Positions 20,593 to 30,057 are shown, counted from the stretch's first letter. The stretch is 63,574 nucleotides of DNA from a virus (IMGVR_UViG_3300046777_002930:1-63574); one strand, 5' to 3'. Numbers and translations: made by a program. Notes: a model not told the origin generated them from the sequence alone.

Positions 20593-20892
20593 ATGCAAAC
20601 ACAAAACATCCCAACCAAAGTATCAATCAAGAATCTCCGTCAAAGCGGATGGAAGGTTCGAGTTCTTCATGAGCGCAATTATTTTTTGAGGAATAGGCTT
20701 GATGGAAATTCAACAGAGGTTTCAGCAAGGGGAGGACGAACCGAGATTCAAATTACAAGTCCAGATAAAAAGATTAACGCTTCCGGTCAAGCGATCTGCT
20801 CCGAAGAAGATAACTTCAATAGGAAAACTGGAAATGCTATTGCTCTAGGCAGGGCGTGGAGTGTAGTGCTTAAATCTTTAGGTATTGTATAA
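20593..20892 (+). CDS. conserved phage hypothetical protein
   Basis: GQAICSEEDNFNRKTGNAIALGRA motif. Confidence 0.7.
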   Translation: MQTQNIPTKVSIKNLRQSGWKVRVLHERNYFLRNRLDGNSTEVSARGGRTEIQITSPDKKINASGQAICSEEDNFNRKTGNAIALGRAWSVVLKSLGIV

Positions 20893-20944
20893 AAAAATTT
20901 GACTATTGTATAAAAACCTACCATAATACAATACTAATACTAAT

Positions 20945-21943
20945 ATGAATCAAGACACAACCAACGACCACTTCTCACACTTGATTGGGCAAGAAAAGCT
21001 GAAAGCTCAACTGCGCTTTTATCTTAACTCTTTCCGCGAAACTCAAATTCTGCCTACTATTCTTTTGGTTGGCGGAAGGGGTTCGGGCAAAACAGAGTTT
21101 GCCGTATCATTGGCACGAAACTTGCGAATGGAAGCTATGGGCGGTCGCCCAAAGCCTTTATTGACAGTCAATTCCAGCACCGTGAAAAATGTTAGGCAGT
21201 TCGTGGAGGATATTGTTTTGAAGTATGTCAACGATCAGACACTTACTTTGTTCTTTGATGAATGTCATGCGCTTCCAGAAAGCGTTCAGACTGCGCTACT
21301 TACAATCCTTAACCCAAACAAAAAGAACTCAAACCTTTTCCGCTATGAGGATAGCGAGATTATGTTTGACTTCAAGAAGGTTAGTTTCGTATTTGCAACA
21401 ACCGATCCTCAAAAATTAGTAGGGCCTTTCAAGGATAGGTGTCGCGTGTTGCACATGGACGAATACGAATACAAAGACCTTGGTAAAATCGTTAGAGAGA
21501 ATCTTGATGAAGGGCTTGAGATTCCAGATGATGTCATGGATCATGTAGCGTCTGTGTGTCGTGGTAATGCTCGTAATGCTGTGCTTATGGCTAAAGACAA
21601 TATCGTTCAGTATATGAAGGGCAGTAAGGTTTCCAAGATGTGCCACAAGCATTGGGAGACTCTTTGCGATGTATTGGGCATCATGCCTATGGGATTGGAA
21701 AGCTCCGAGGTTCAAGTTCTTAAAGCACTAAATGATTTTCCTATGGGTTGCTCTCTGAATAACCTATCTGCAAAAACTGGATTCACAAGGCAAGCTATTA
21801 TGCTAGAGTTTGAGTCTTATCTAGTTAAGAAGGGTCTTATGCAGATTAAATCTGGCGGCAGAGAGATTACTAGCAAGGGCAAGGAATATCTTAACAAGTA
21901 TGTATTTAAGACAACTGGAGGATTTACAAATGCACTCTCGTAA
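20945..21943 (+). CDS. ruvB: RuvB-like AAA+ ATPase (Holliday junction branch-migration helicase)
   Basis: IGQE, Walker A GGRGSGKT, Walker B FFDECH, FATT, RGNAR, C-terminal ESYLVKKGLM..GGREIT. Confidence 0.85.
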   Translation: MNQDTTNDHFSHLIGQEKLKAQLRFYLNSFRETQILPTILLVGGRGSGKTEFAVSLARNLRMEAMGGRPKPLLTVNSSTVKNVRQFVEDIVLKYVNDQTLTLFFDECHALPESVQTALLTILNPNKKNSNLFRYEDSEIMFDFKKVSFVFATTDPQKLVGPFKDRCRVLHMDEYEYKDLGKIVRENLDEGLEIPDDVMDHVASVCRGNARNAVLMAKDNIVQYMKGSKVSKMCHKHWETLCDVLGIMPMGLESSEVQVLKALNDFPMGCSLNNLSAKTGFTRQAIMLEFESYLVKKGLMQIKSGGREITSKGKEYLNKYVFKTTGGFTNALS

Positions 21944-22511
21944 GAGCGTTAGACTTGACAATCTTGTAGATGGTAGTCCTTTTACCATACCATTTCTTGG
22001 AGACCAATACAAGCTATTGTATCTTGTTAGGGGAGGCGATTCAACTTGCAAAGTTCAAGGATATAAAAAGACAGAAGCCGGTGGGTATTCACCATTCTCT
22101 GATTTCTTTTCCCCTGGGACAGAAGTTGTTAGCGATAAAACAAGAAACATTCTATCAATCTCAAAAGATGGAGAGCTTTCTATTCCAAAGGAATATGTGT
22201 CTGAAATTTTAAGTGAAAAACAAGAAGAAAAAAAAGTAAAAAAAAGTAAAGGAGTAAAGAAAATGAGCGTAGAAACACAATCGCCAGTTGGCGTTAAAAA
22301 TGCAGTAGGTCGCCCTAAAAAGCATAGGATCGAGCTTCCTCATGGAGAGGAATTTACAGTCAGTAAGATTGCTGAAAAGCTCGGTGTAAAGAAGTTTGTA
22401 GTTAATAATGAAATCGCTAGGCTTCAACGAGAGACTCCAGAAAGTCTCCAAGTTGTTGGCTCTGTGCCACAAGGCAAAGGCAAGCCAGCTAGAGTTTTCA
22501 AACTAATTTGA
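21900..22511 (+). CDS. putative DNA-binding protein
   Basis: GRPKK and HTH-like FTVSKIAEKLGV. Confidence 0.6.
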   Translation: MYLRQLEDLQMHSRKSVRLDNLVDGSPFTIPFLGDQYKLLYLVRGGDSTCKVQGYKKTEAGGYSPFSDFFSPGTEVVSDKTRNILSISKDGELSIPKEYVSEILSEKQEEKKVKKSKGVKKMSVETQSPVGVKNAVGRPKKHRIELPHGEEFTVSKIAEKLGVKKFVVNNEIARLQRETPESLQVVGSVPQGKGKPARVFKLI

Positions 22512-22559
22512 AGAATGTGGGTTGGGGGTTATCCTGTAAAGCAAAACCCCAGATTTATT

Positions 22560-22775
22560 ATGTCTAATCCAAATAAAACATTGCAACAACATTTAATCAA
22601 TTCAAAAGTAAAGACTGCCATTCTCTTTCTGACATCAGATAGAATACCAGCAGAGGAAAACTTTGACTTTGTTCTGTCTGCTTTGGAAAATTGTTCTCTT
22701 AAAGAGGCTAGGACTCTTTTGTATGAGAATTATTATGATGAGATTTTGGATTGGTCGAACATGAACGAGTGGTAA
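22560..22775 (+). CDS. hypothetical protein
   Basis: likely start MSNPNK. Confidence 0.55.
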   Translation: MSNPNKTLQQHLINSKVKTAILFLTSDRIPAEENFDFVLSALENCSLKEARTLLYENYYDEILDWSNMNEW

Positions 22776-22776
22776 C

Positions 22777-22845
22777 ATAACACCCTGTAAGTCAGCGACT
22801 TACGGGGCCCTCGGGCCCGTAACCTATTGATTACGAGCGCTTTAT
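22777..22845 (+). repeat. 69-bp dispersed element, copy 4 (last plus-oriented copy)
   Basis: core GGGGCCCTCGGGCCC; begins 2 nt after a stop codon. Confidence 0.9.
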
Positions 22846-22848
22846 GTT

Positions 22849-23019
22849 TTAGAAGTTAAACTGGTATTGGTCTGGATCGTCTTGATGTTCTTGTTTGGGA
22901 AGCAATACAGCCCATCCAAGTGAGTTCAAAGCATTAAAGGCGGCATCATTTTCATTTTCAGCTTCTACCTCGAAAGAAAGATTGCCGTCACTATGGTTTG
23001 ATATAATATATTTTTTCAT
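22849..23019 (-). CDS. small hypothetical protein (56 aa)
   Basis: manual translation MKKYIISNHSDGNLSFEVEAENENDAAFNALNSLGWAV... Confidence 0.65.
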   Translation of the reverse strand: MKKYIISNHSDGNLSFEVEAENENDAAFNALNSLGWAVLLPKQEHQDDPDQYQFNF

Positions 23020-23036
23020 TTTATTTAATTTTTAAT

Positions 23037-23111
23037 TGGAGCATCCTGTCAGAATCGAACTGACGAATACAGCTTTTGCAGAGCCGTGCCTTACCACTTG
23101 GCTAAGGATGC
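23037..23111 (-). tRNA. tRNA-Cys(GCA)
   Basis: CGGCT-CTGCAAA-AGCTG anticodon arm, U73, CCA end. Confidence 0.9.
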
Positions 23112-23221
23112 TTTAACTCATTCATCACCATTTAATAAACATAGATAGAAAAACCCCCATTAGAATTAGAACTGCTACTGGCATATTGTTTGTTTCCATA
23201 TTATTTATTTTTTGTTTGTTT

Positions 23222-23938
23222 CTAGTATTGCGGAATACTATCCGCAAAGTCTCCTTCCTCAAGAACATAAGACCAGTATCGGGAATCCGTATATCCTTGC
23301 TTCCTATCCCAATAGATGCAACGCGCAACATAGCAGGGAACATTATATTCAAAGCACATTCTAACCCAATGAGCTTCTATGTCTTGATATAGTTTGGCGT
23401 TTTTAGTTTGATCCAATCCGTATAGCTGAAACAAATGAGTATCAAGGCAAGTAATCTCTGCTTCCGTTGGATAAAGCATTTCGATAAAGAAGCTACTCTT
23501 TGCCATACCAAGACCAAGAATAGATTTCTCAATCCTATTGCGGTATTGCGTCCAGCTTTCCTGTTCTGCTTTGTGATAAGAGCATGGATCAGACCAATAC
23601 TTTTTTGTAAAGTCTTTGATGAAGCGAACCCTGTTGTTGTAAAGTCCTGCTCCGCTCTGTCTCAATTTAGTGTCGAGAATGTCCCATTGGTTGATCCAAG
23701 TCCACCAATCCTTAATCAAGGAATAGGCGGCAATGTTCGACTTCCAGCTTGTGTGGACAGATGTATAAGCAAAAAGAGCGCGTTGAAACCTTTCTGTATC
23801 ATTCAGAGGTTTAAGTGCGCCCCAATAAGCAGTCTGGAATTTAATCTCTTTATTTGTCAAAGAAGCAAAGAATGCCTCTGCTTCTGAAGTTTGGATTTGT
23901 GCGGTTTGGTTTTTGGTTTTTGTGGTAGTGGTTGGCAT
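23222..23938 (-). CDS. HhH-type DNA glycosylase/AP-lyase-like protein
   Basis: HhH-like GLGMAKSSF and CLDTHL. Confidence 0.65.
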   Translation of the reverse strand: MPTTTTKTKNQTAQIQTSEAEAFFASLTNKEIKFQTAYWGALKPLNDTERFQRALFAYTSVHTSWKSNIAAYSLIKDWWTWINQWDILDTKLRQSGAGLYNNRVRFIKDFTKKYWSDPCSYHKAEQESWTQYRNRIEKSILGLGMAKSSFFIEMLYPTEAEITCLDTHLFQLYGLDQTKNAKLYQDIEAHWVRMCFEYNVPCYVARCIYWDRKQGYTDSRYWSYVLEEGDFADSIPQY

Positions 23939-23991
23939 ACATAATCAAGGTAGGTGTTTTTGTTGTGCTTGTCAAGGCATAATCTTCAGTT

Positions 23992-24060
23992 GTAAATTGT
24001 TGGCACGCAATCACTTACGGGCCGGAGGGCCCCGTAACCTGTTGGTTACGAGGAGTTTGC
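23992..24060 (-). repeat. 69-bp dispersed element, copy 5 (first minus-oriented copy)
   Basis: core GGGCCGGAGGGCCCC. Confidence 0.92.
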
Positions 24061-24226
24061 ATCTACTTTGAGTATCGCGCCTTGTATGAGTATTCGTATA
24101 GTCTGCCTTGGCGGAAAATTTGCTCAAGGTGAGTTTCGTTGGTGAATGCCTCGATAGAGAGCGCGAGCAGTGAAGTTTTCCGCTCCTTAAAGTTAAACAA
24201 TAGTTCAAGTATTTTTTTCATTTTTA

Positions 24227-24547
24227 TTAGGCTTCAATTTGAAGGTTAGAATAACTATTATCTCCCTCATAGATAGAGGTATGCCACTCGCTAGTTGAGA
24301 CTTTTCCTTTTACGAGATCGTATTCGATATTGTCTCCATAGTCAGAGCCATCACCAGCCCCAGAATATGAATAAACATCCCATGCCCAATCCTCTATATC
24401 ACTTGCAAGGTCTTGGTTCCAATCTGGCATCATATCCACATCGAGATTGCCTTCATCACTTCCGCCACTAAAGCGGAGGATGATTTTTTTAATACCAAGT
24501 TCTTTAGCTTTGTTATATATTTCTTTTTTAAGTGGTTCTGCTCTCAT
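24227..24547 (-). CDS. DUF6878-like protein
   Basis: FSGGSDEG motif. Confidence 0.6.
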   Translation of the reverse strand: MRAEPLKKEIYNKAKELGIKKIILRFSGGSDEGNLDVDMMPDWNQDLASDIEDWAWDVYSYSGAGDGSDYGDNIEYDLVKGKVSTSEWHTSIYEGDNSYSNLQIEA

Positions 24548-24906
24548 TATTTTATTTCTAGGTTTAGTGTTTTGGTTGTTTTTCCTACCATTAGCATCCA
24601 TCTGTCTGGATTCTTAACTAATGGAGAAAGGTATTGTTGAGGAGTAGGAATAAATCCACAATCTTCAACTAAATGTTGTTCAGCTAATACTTTAGTAGGA
24701 ATCTTTTGCCCCTTATTGTTTGTAATAGTATGTCCGAACTTTTCGATAGCCCATTGGACTCCTGCGCTATGATGACGCAACGCCCTGTGCGTCCAGTCGC
24801 CAGTATATTGCTTGGTTTCGTCGAACCAATCATGGAGAGCGACATAATCCTCTGGAATGCCACCCCATTTTTGGGCAGAGCTTTGAGCGTGTTTGTAAGG
24901 TGTCAT
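24547..24906 (-). CDS. DUF6915-like protein
   Basis: HAQSSAQKWGG, HDWFDETK, HRALRHHSAG, EQHLVEDCG. Confidence 0.65.
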   Translation of the reverse strand: MTPYKHAQSSAQKWGGIPEDYVALHDWFDETKQYTGDWTHRALRHHSAGVQWAIEKFGHTITNNKGQKIPTKVLAEQHLVEDCGFIPTPQQYLSPLVKNPDRWMLMVGKTTKTLNLEIK

Positions 24907-24907
24907 A

Positions 24908-25171
24908 TTATTCCTTTTCAAAGCACATAAAGGCAGGAGTGCTTTCGCCTACCCATGCTCCCTCTACATTAAACTGAAAGTATTCTTCTGCCTCGTCATA
25001 AGACATATCTTTTGCGAGGATTTCGATACACTTGGCGCGATCATATACGGCAAACCTGCGATTAAACTGACTTGCAATGCCAAGAAAGGCATCTTCAAAT
25101 CCGTCAGCAAGCAGGATTTCTTCATCTTCGCACCCGCAATAGTCAAGAGTATTTTCGATTTTGGTTGTCAT
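24908..25171 (-). CDS. conserved phage hypothetical protein
   Basis: LLADGFEDAFLG..EEYFQFNVEGAWVGESTP. Confidence 0.7.
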   Translation of the reverse strand: MTTKIENTLDYCGCEDEEILLADGFEDAFLGIASQFNRRFAVYDRAKCIEILAKDMSYDEAEEYFQFNVEGAWVGESTPAFMCFEKE

Positions 25172-25188
25172 GGTTGTTGAATTTTGAA

Positions 25189-25428
25189 TTAAATAATAAC
25201 TGCCGTTTCGTTTTCGACTTTAATACTGACTGCTTTCCCCGCCATAACGCAACGCGGTTGAACTTTTCTATTTCGCGTCTTGATAGGCACTCTACAATCC
25301 AATCCTTCAACAAAGTGGCAAGCTCCATCGAAGTGGATGGTTAATATGTTTTTCTTTCTCTGAAGAGATAGAGGCTTATTGTAGTGAAACCAGAAGGCTT
25401 TCTGTTTAACTTTTGAAGAGGTTGTCAT
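25189..25428 (-). CDS. hypothetical protein
   Basis: FWFHYNKP; promoter upstream. Confidence 0.65.
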   Translation of the reverse strand: MTTSSKVKQKAFWFHYNKPLSLQRKKNILTIHFDGACHFVEGLDCRVPIKTRNRKVQPRCVMAGKAVSIKVENETAVII

Positions 25429-25486
25429 GGTTGGTTGGTTGAGTATTAAATTTAGAATAATTTTATTCTATTGTCAAGGGTATTTT

Positions 25487-25555
25487 ATAAATAACTACAA
25501 CGCAACGACTTACGGGCCGGAGGGCCCTCTAACCTATTGGTTATGAGGGATTTGG
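25487..25555 (-). repeat. 69-bp dispersed element, copy 6
   Basis: same architecture. Confidence 0.88.
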
Positions 25556-25696
25556 ATTAGAAGTAAGCGTTCTTATAGACGGCTTCTCTATTTAAATTTA
25601 AATCTATTGTTTTACGGAAGTTGCTAAAGTCCGTTTGCGCCTGTTTCATTGTAGAGCAACCAGATAGTCCGATTGCCAATGTAATTAGAATATATT

Positions 25697-25879
25697 TCAT
25701 TTTGCCTCCTTCCATTGCCAGTATTGCTCTTTCTCATTAAACTCCTTGATAGAATTATAGTTTGTCCCCATTTCTGTATTCCATTCTTGGATTATTTCAA
25801 ATGCTTCCTGTTTAGTGGTTGGTTCACTCCACTCGTTAGAGGATTCATCTTCAACATCTATTAGAACATATTTTTTCAT
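25697..25879 (-). CDS. hypothetical protein
   Basis: ORF in minus-strand operon. Confidence 0.6.
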   Translation of the reverse strand: MKKYVLIDVEDESSNEWSEPTTKQEAFEIIQEWNTEMGTNYNSIKEFNEKEQYWQWKEAK

Positions 25880-26003
25880 TTTTTATCAATTAGTTTTTCT
25901 AGTTCAGTTTCAAGCCATTTGACATCATCCTCTGCTCCATAGCTTCGGAGTGTGTCGATTGCTTCCGATAGAAGCATTACATATTCTGTTTCTTTTTCTT
26001 TAT

Positions 26004-26192
26004 TCATTGGACTTCAATATACTCCCTTCCGTCTTCTACCGCATCAAATCCTTTGTTGGTGAATGTAGATACAAACATTTCAACAAGTCTTTTCAATTCG
26101 GTTTTGTTTTTTGGTTTTCTTCCAAAGTATTTTGAGACGCAAGTCTCTACCCATTTCATTTCACCTTCTCTAAAGTTAAGTGTGATTTTCAT
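26004..26192 (-). CDS. hypothetical protein
   Basis: ORF in minus-strand operon. Confidence 0.6.
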   Translation of the reverse strand: MKITLNFREGEMKWVETCVSKYFGRKPKNKTELKRLVEMFVSTFTNKGFDAVEDGREYIEVQ

Positions 26193-26322
26193 TGGTTGTC
26201 CTCAATCCATTTTGTTAGAATAGATTCAATAGTTTGTTGTATTTCTTTTGGGCTTTCTGGTATGTCATATCCATGACAAGCCGTTTTAATATCTGATATG
26301 AGTTTATCTGGTATTTCGATTT

Positions 26323-26538
26323 TCATTTTGGAAATCCTTTTGGATATGCTGCGATTACTTTATCTGAAATATCGTCTTCCTGTTCCCAATCAAGTCGTTC
26401 CCCATCAAGAGAAACATTGTGCGAAATCATTCTTTTGTCTGCATCGTTAAATATAAAGGTTACAATATATTCTTTACCATCTTCCTTTACTGCAAATGTG
26501 TATGTGGTTTGTGTGGTTTTTCTAATTAGTTCGATCAT
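26323..26538 (-). CDS. hypothetical protein
   Basis: ATGA overlap with upstream gene. Confidence 0.6.
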   Translation of the reverse strand: MIELIRKTTQTTYTFAVKEDGKEYIVTFIFNDADKRMISHNVSLDGERLDWEQEDDISDKVIAAYPKGFPK

Positions 26539-27011
26539 ATTACTTCCTCCATTTCTTCTTCGTATGGTTCATATCCAAGACTATCAAGGAGTTCTGTGGG
26601 AGCATTCTCAATGTTGTCGTAATACTCGGAATCATATTCTTCTGGACTCGCTGTATATTTTCCACAAAAGAACATACCATACTCAATATATTCTAATATG
26701 AATGTTTGTCCAGTCAATTCGGCGAGCTTCTTAATAATAGGAAGCGGCGGCGCCCATGCTGTCTCAAAGGAGAATGAGGAAAAGTCATCGGAGTTGAAAC
26801 GACCATCGTAGCCCTCCCATTTTGTCCCCCAATTTACCACCCTCCACTCATACCAATCCTCTCCTTCCAATAGTTTCTCGTCCATGGGAATTACTTTTTG
26901 GAAATCGAAATCGAAATCTCCTTCGCCTTTGTCGATTAGATATGGTGATAATATCCCGAAAAGGCTTTCGCCGCTTGCGAGCGTGAGTTGGTTGTTGCAA
27001 TGGTTTGGCAT
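26535..27011 (-). CDS. DUF1281/Api92-like ferredoxin-fold protein
   Basis: MPNHCNNQL, WYEWRVVNWGTKW, FETAWAPP. Confidence 0.75.
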   Translation of the reverse strand: MPNHCNNQLTLASGESLFGILSPYLIDKGEGDFDFDFQKVIPMDEKLLEGEDWYEWRVVNWGTKWEGYDGRFNSDDFSSFSFETAWAPPLPIIKKLAELTGQTFILEYIEYGMFFCGKYTASPEEYDSEYYDNIENAPTELLDSLGYEPYEEEMEEVI

Positions 27012-27046
27012 GGTAGTTTTGGTTTGTTGGTTGGTTGATTTTATAT

Positions 27047-27580
27047 TTAATCACATTTGGATAAAAATGTCAAGGTTTTTAGACATGAGGCGCAACGATA
27101 GGAAGATTTACCGCTTTTCATTTTATTATGTCTTACTGATCCGACAATATGCTTTTTGCAATTACAAATATATTTGAATTTTTTTGTTTTCCTGCCTATG
27201 CCTTGGGTGTCGAGTGAGTGACAACGGATTGGTTCAAGACCATAAACATTCCTCATTACAAATTTCCAAGTTCTTCCATGATGTCCCTCATCTATTGTTT
27301 GAATTTTTCTGGCAAACAGGTGGGCTACCTCATGTGGGATTGTGTCTTTCTCAAAATGGTCTGGATTCTTTTGAAGAAGATCAAGATTGAGATAAACAAG
27401 ATTATTCTCTGATGGAATGACATATCCAGCGGTTTTGCTTTTCTTGAAAAATCTTATTCCCTCAAACGCCAGCCGGACTTTGAGTTTTGTTGAAGCTGTG
27501 TCAAATGCTTTTTTTACATTTTTTTCTGCAAACTCTCTGATATGGGTTGGGACAGATTGTGGTGAAATAATGTTGCTCAT
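27047..27580 (-). CDS. SprT-like Zn metalloprotease
   Basis: HEVAH, HGRTWK, C-terminal YICNC..YRCASC. Confidence 0.85.
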   Translation of the reverse strand: MSNIISPQSVPTHIREFAEKNVKKAFDTASTKLKVRLAFEGIRFFKKSKTAGYVIPSENNLVYLNLDLLQKNPDHFEKDTIPHEVAHLFARKIQTIDEGHHGRTWKFVMRNVYGLEPIRCHSLDTQGIGRKTKKFKYICNCKKHIVGSVRHNKMKSGKSSYRCASCLKTLTFLSKCD

Positions 27581-27637
27581 AACAAAAATAAAGGTAGTGT
27601 AATTTTATACAATAGACAAGGACTATTTAAATAAAAA

Positions 27638-27711
<74 letters not shown>

Positions 27712-27717
27712 TAAATA

Positions 27718-27789
27718 TAGCGGGTGAGGGAATCGAACCCTCCTAAAAGTGCTTATGAGACACTTGAGTTCCCAGAACTCTAACCCGCA
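27718..27789 (-). tRNA. tRNA-Met(CAT), initiator-like 1:72 mismatch
   Basis: CTCATAA loop, T1:T72 mismatch, A11:U24; lacks the 3 G:C anticodon-stem pairs. Confidence 0.8.
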
Positions 27790-28036
27790 GAAATCTGTTG
27801 GCTGATCGCCGCGATAACAACCGAAACGCCGCACGATCCCGCTTTCGATGCACCGGAATAGGTATTGCTACTCTATTAGCCAAATAGTTTAGAATATGTA
27901 TTGTAGATCAACTCACACTTGAACTATTCTGCATTTTCTAATCAAATACTAGCCACGCTAGGGTAAGCCTTTAATGCGGTTTACAATTAAAGGACGGAGG
28001 CATGGAGCCTCCTATTCCCCTAGCAGGCTAAATCGG

Positions 28037-28109
28037 ATGACGCTACAGACCCTGCCTCTGTCCCCGCCCCCATACGAGAGCGATGCTTTCTATTCTACAC
28101 CAAGCGTCA
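28037..28109 (-). ncRNA. degenerate tRNA-like element
   Basis: TGACGCT/AGCGTCA acceptor-like stem, three arms, non-canonical T-loop. Confidence 0.45.
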
Positions 28110-28114
28110 CTTTT

Positions 28115-28187
28115 CTGCAATGGAGGGACTTTAACCCTCAACCTCCCGCCTACAAAGCAGGACTCTAGTCATTTGAGCTACATTGCA
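28115..28187 (-). tRNA. atypical tRNA, TGT anticodon (possibly pseudo)
   Basis: TGCAATG/CATTGCA acceptor; CCTGC-TTTGTAG-GCGGG; T-loop TTAAAGT; D-loop lacks GG. Confidence 0.6.
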
Positions 28188-28485
28188 TACTAAAATAGAA
28201 GTGGCCTTGTCATTACGATCCGACGCTTGCGTCACCTACTTTTTTCCGGCGATCAACCCTTCTCGAAGGTGAACCACTTCAAAATTAAAATGTAAAAGAT
28301 CAACCGATTTTGATTTCGTAGATGACTCATCTACCCATTGGCTCATCGGGAACCAACTCCCACTATCTATTTATACAATCATTTTAAATAAAAATCAAAT
28401 AAAAAATTCAATATTACGGCCCGTGATACTCTAAATAATGCAAATAATCAAAAATCTATTAAGGTTCCCATATGGCGCCTTAAAC

Positions 28486-28554
28486 ATAAACGATTGAATA
28501 TCAATGACTTACGGGCCGGAGGGCCCCGCAACTCAATGCGGGACAACAACTTAC
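28486..28554 (-). repeat. 69-bp dispersed element, copy 7
   Basis: same architecture; overlaps the stop codon of 28551-28850. Confidence 0.92.
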
Positions 28555-28850
28555 GAACACCAATATGTTTCAGAGGCGACCGAAGAAGTAAATGGGGTGC
28601 TTTTATCTTCCGCCATCCAAGTGCCATCAAATGCGGACGAAACAACTTTCATGTTCTCCATTTTCTTTTTGCAGGCTTGAGAAAGCGTTTCTTGATTAAC
28701 ATTTATCCCACAAAAGGTAGGAATAGATACAATTTCCTCTGTTGGAAAGTTATAGTCATAAACTTTTTCTCCATCAAAGAGAACACGATGAAAAGCTCCA
28801 GCAACATTAAGACCCATTAGCCATTTATCTTTTGAGGTTGGATTTTTCAT
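28551..28850 (-). CDS. hypothetical protein
   Basis: C-terminal SSVASETYWCS. Confidence 0.65.
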   Translation of the reverse strand: MKNPTSKDKWLMGLNVAGAFHRVLFDGEKVYDYNFPTEEIVSIPTFCGINVNQETLSQACKKKMENMKVVSSAFDGTWMAEDKSTPFTSSVASETYWCS

Positions 28851-29074
28851 ACTTCTTCCTCCTCTACTTCAACTTCCTCTGCGCCGCCAAAGAGTTGATC
28901 CCATTCTTCTCCCGTGATGCCCGTCTTTACGAACTCCCTGTCGTCCGCTGACAATTGCGGCATTGCGTTCTGGATTAGTTCTCCCTCCTCCCAAGCAAGG
29001 ATTTGGGCGATTGTGACATCAATCTCTTTCGTGCGAGTGATGCCTGTGAGTGGTGACTTGCGTGTTATTTTCAT
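28847..29074 (-). CDS. conserved phage hypothetical protein
   Basis: LIQNAMPQLSADDREFVKTGITGEEWD. Confidence 0.75.
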   Translation of the reverse strand: MKITRKSPLTGITRTKEIDVTIAQILAWEEGELIQNAMPQLSADDREFVKTGITGEEWDQLFGGAEEVEVEEEEV

Positions 29075-29144
29075 GTGGTTGGTTTTGTTGGTTTGGTTGA
29101 CTGACTCTATTACTTATATTGGAATTTTATACAATGGTCAAGGA

Positions 29145-29636
29145 TTAAATCCACCAAGAAGGGATATTGCCCATCTTCCATTTAGCAAATTCTCTTTTGT
29201 CATTGAGATAGTATGTTCTATATGCGGTGACGGCATCGGCATTCTTATACTCATCTGGCATAGCTTGTGCAAATGGTGTCAATCTATCTGATGGAATAAG
29301 ATTATCCATATTGCACAAATGCTCTATACCTTTTTGGCAAGAGTGAATTTTAGAATATCTTTTTGTATATTCATTGCAAAGCTCAAGAGCATGAACAGCC
29401 GCCCACATAAAGTTTTCTCTTGAATCTCCGCACCATCTTGTGCATGGGTGATTGTGATAGCCGCCTTTAAGTGGAGTGCCTTTAGATGTCAAGGGCATTT
29501 TTTCTGGTTTAGCACCATGACGAATGACTGCGCTTCCGAGTTGTTGGAATAGCTCAAGAACCATCTTGACAATATGCTTGTCGCAGTTGTATTGAGCCGC
29601 AATGCTTGGGTCTTGATCGAGGACGAAGATATTCAT
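29145..29636 (-). CDS. pyrimidine-dimer DNA glycosylase (DenV/endonuclease V)-like
   Basis: MNIFVLD, DKHIVKM, HNHPCTRW, FAQAMPDEYK, AYRTYY. Confidence 0.8.
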   Translation of the reverse strand: MNIFVLDQDPSIAAQYNCDKHIVKMVLELFQQLGSAVIRHGAKPEKMPLTSKGTPLKGGYHNHPCTRWCGDSRENFMWAAVHALELCNEYTKRYSKIHSCQKGIEHLCNMDNLIPSDRLTPFAQAMPDEYKNADAVTAYRTYYLNDKREFAKWKMGNIPSWWI

Positions 29637-29839
29637 TTGATAGAAACTCTAAAATAGTCTTTGCCTCGACGCAAGGAAATAATTTCACTAGGCTTTACTT
29701 TTCTAGTATAGCCCTCGCCATCGAACATATCTGTGACAATGCCAGCAATAGTTTTTAATGATACCCTTCCTTCTTTTTCATCAGAAAGAGTGATGTGATC
29801 TCCTATTTGGATTTGAGGGGTTCGAGTTATTTCTTTCAT
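29633..29839 (-). CDS. hypothetical protein
   Basis: promoter upstream, ATGA overlap downstream. Confidence 0.6.
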   Translation of the reverse strand: MKEITRTPQIQIGDHITLSDEKEGRVSLKTIAGIVTDMFDGEGYTRKVKPSEIISLRRGKDYFRVSIK

Positions 29840-29974
29840 AGCAGAGTCAGAATAATTTTATTTTGTATAAAAGTCAAGGAGGTTTTTGTAGATTACGGCC
29901 CGCGATGTATTAAATAAGGCAAATAAGCTAAACTACACAAAAGGTTGCAAAATGTGCAATGTCATGCGCACCCT

Positions 29975-30043
29975 CTAACTCATTGATATTCAAGCACTTG
30001 CGGGCCCGAGGGCCCCGTAAGTCGTTGATGTTGAACAACTTAT
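29975..30043 (-). repeat. 69-bp dispersed element, copy 8
   Basis: same architecture. Confidence 0.92.
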
Positions 30044-30057
30044 GCTTTCATCTGGGC

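Noticed and set aside
20945-21943. AAA+ protein as the sigma-54 activator
   Set aside because: No GAFTGA loop; motifs and C-terminal domain fit RuvB.
27798-27840. Hammerhead ribozyme (CTGAT..GAAAC)
   Set aside because: Core reads CTGATCG, not CTGANGA, and required stems are not evident.
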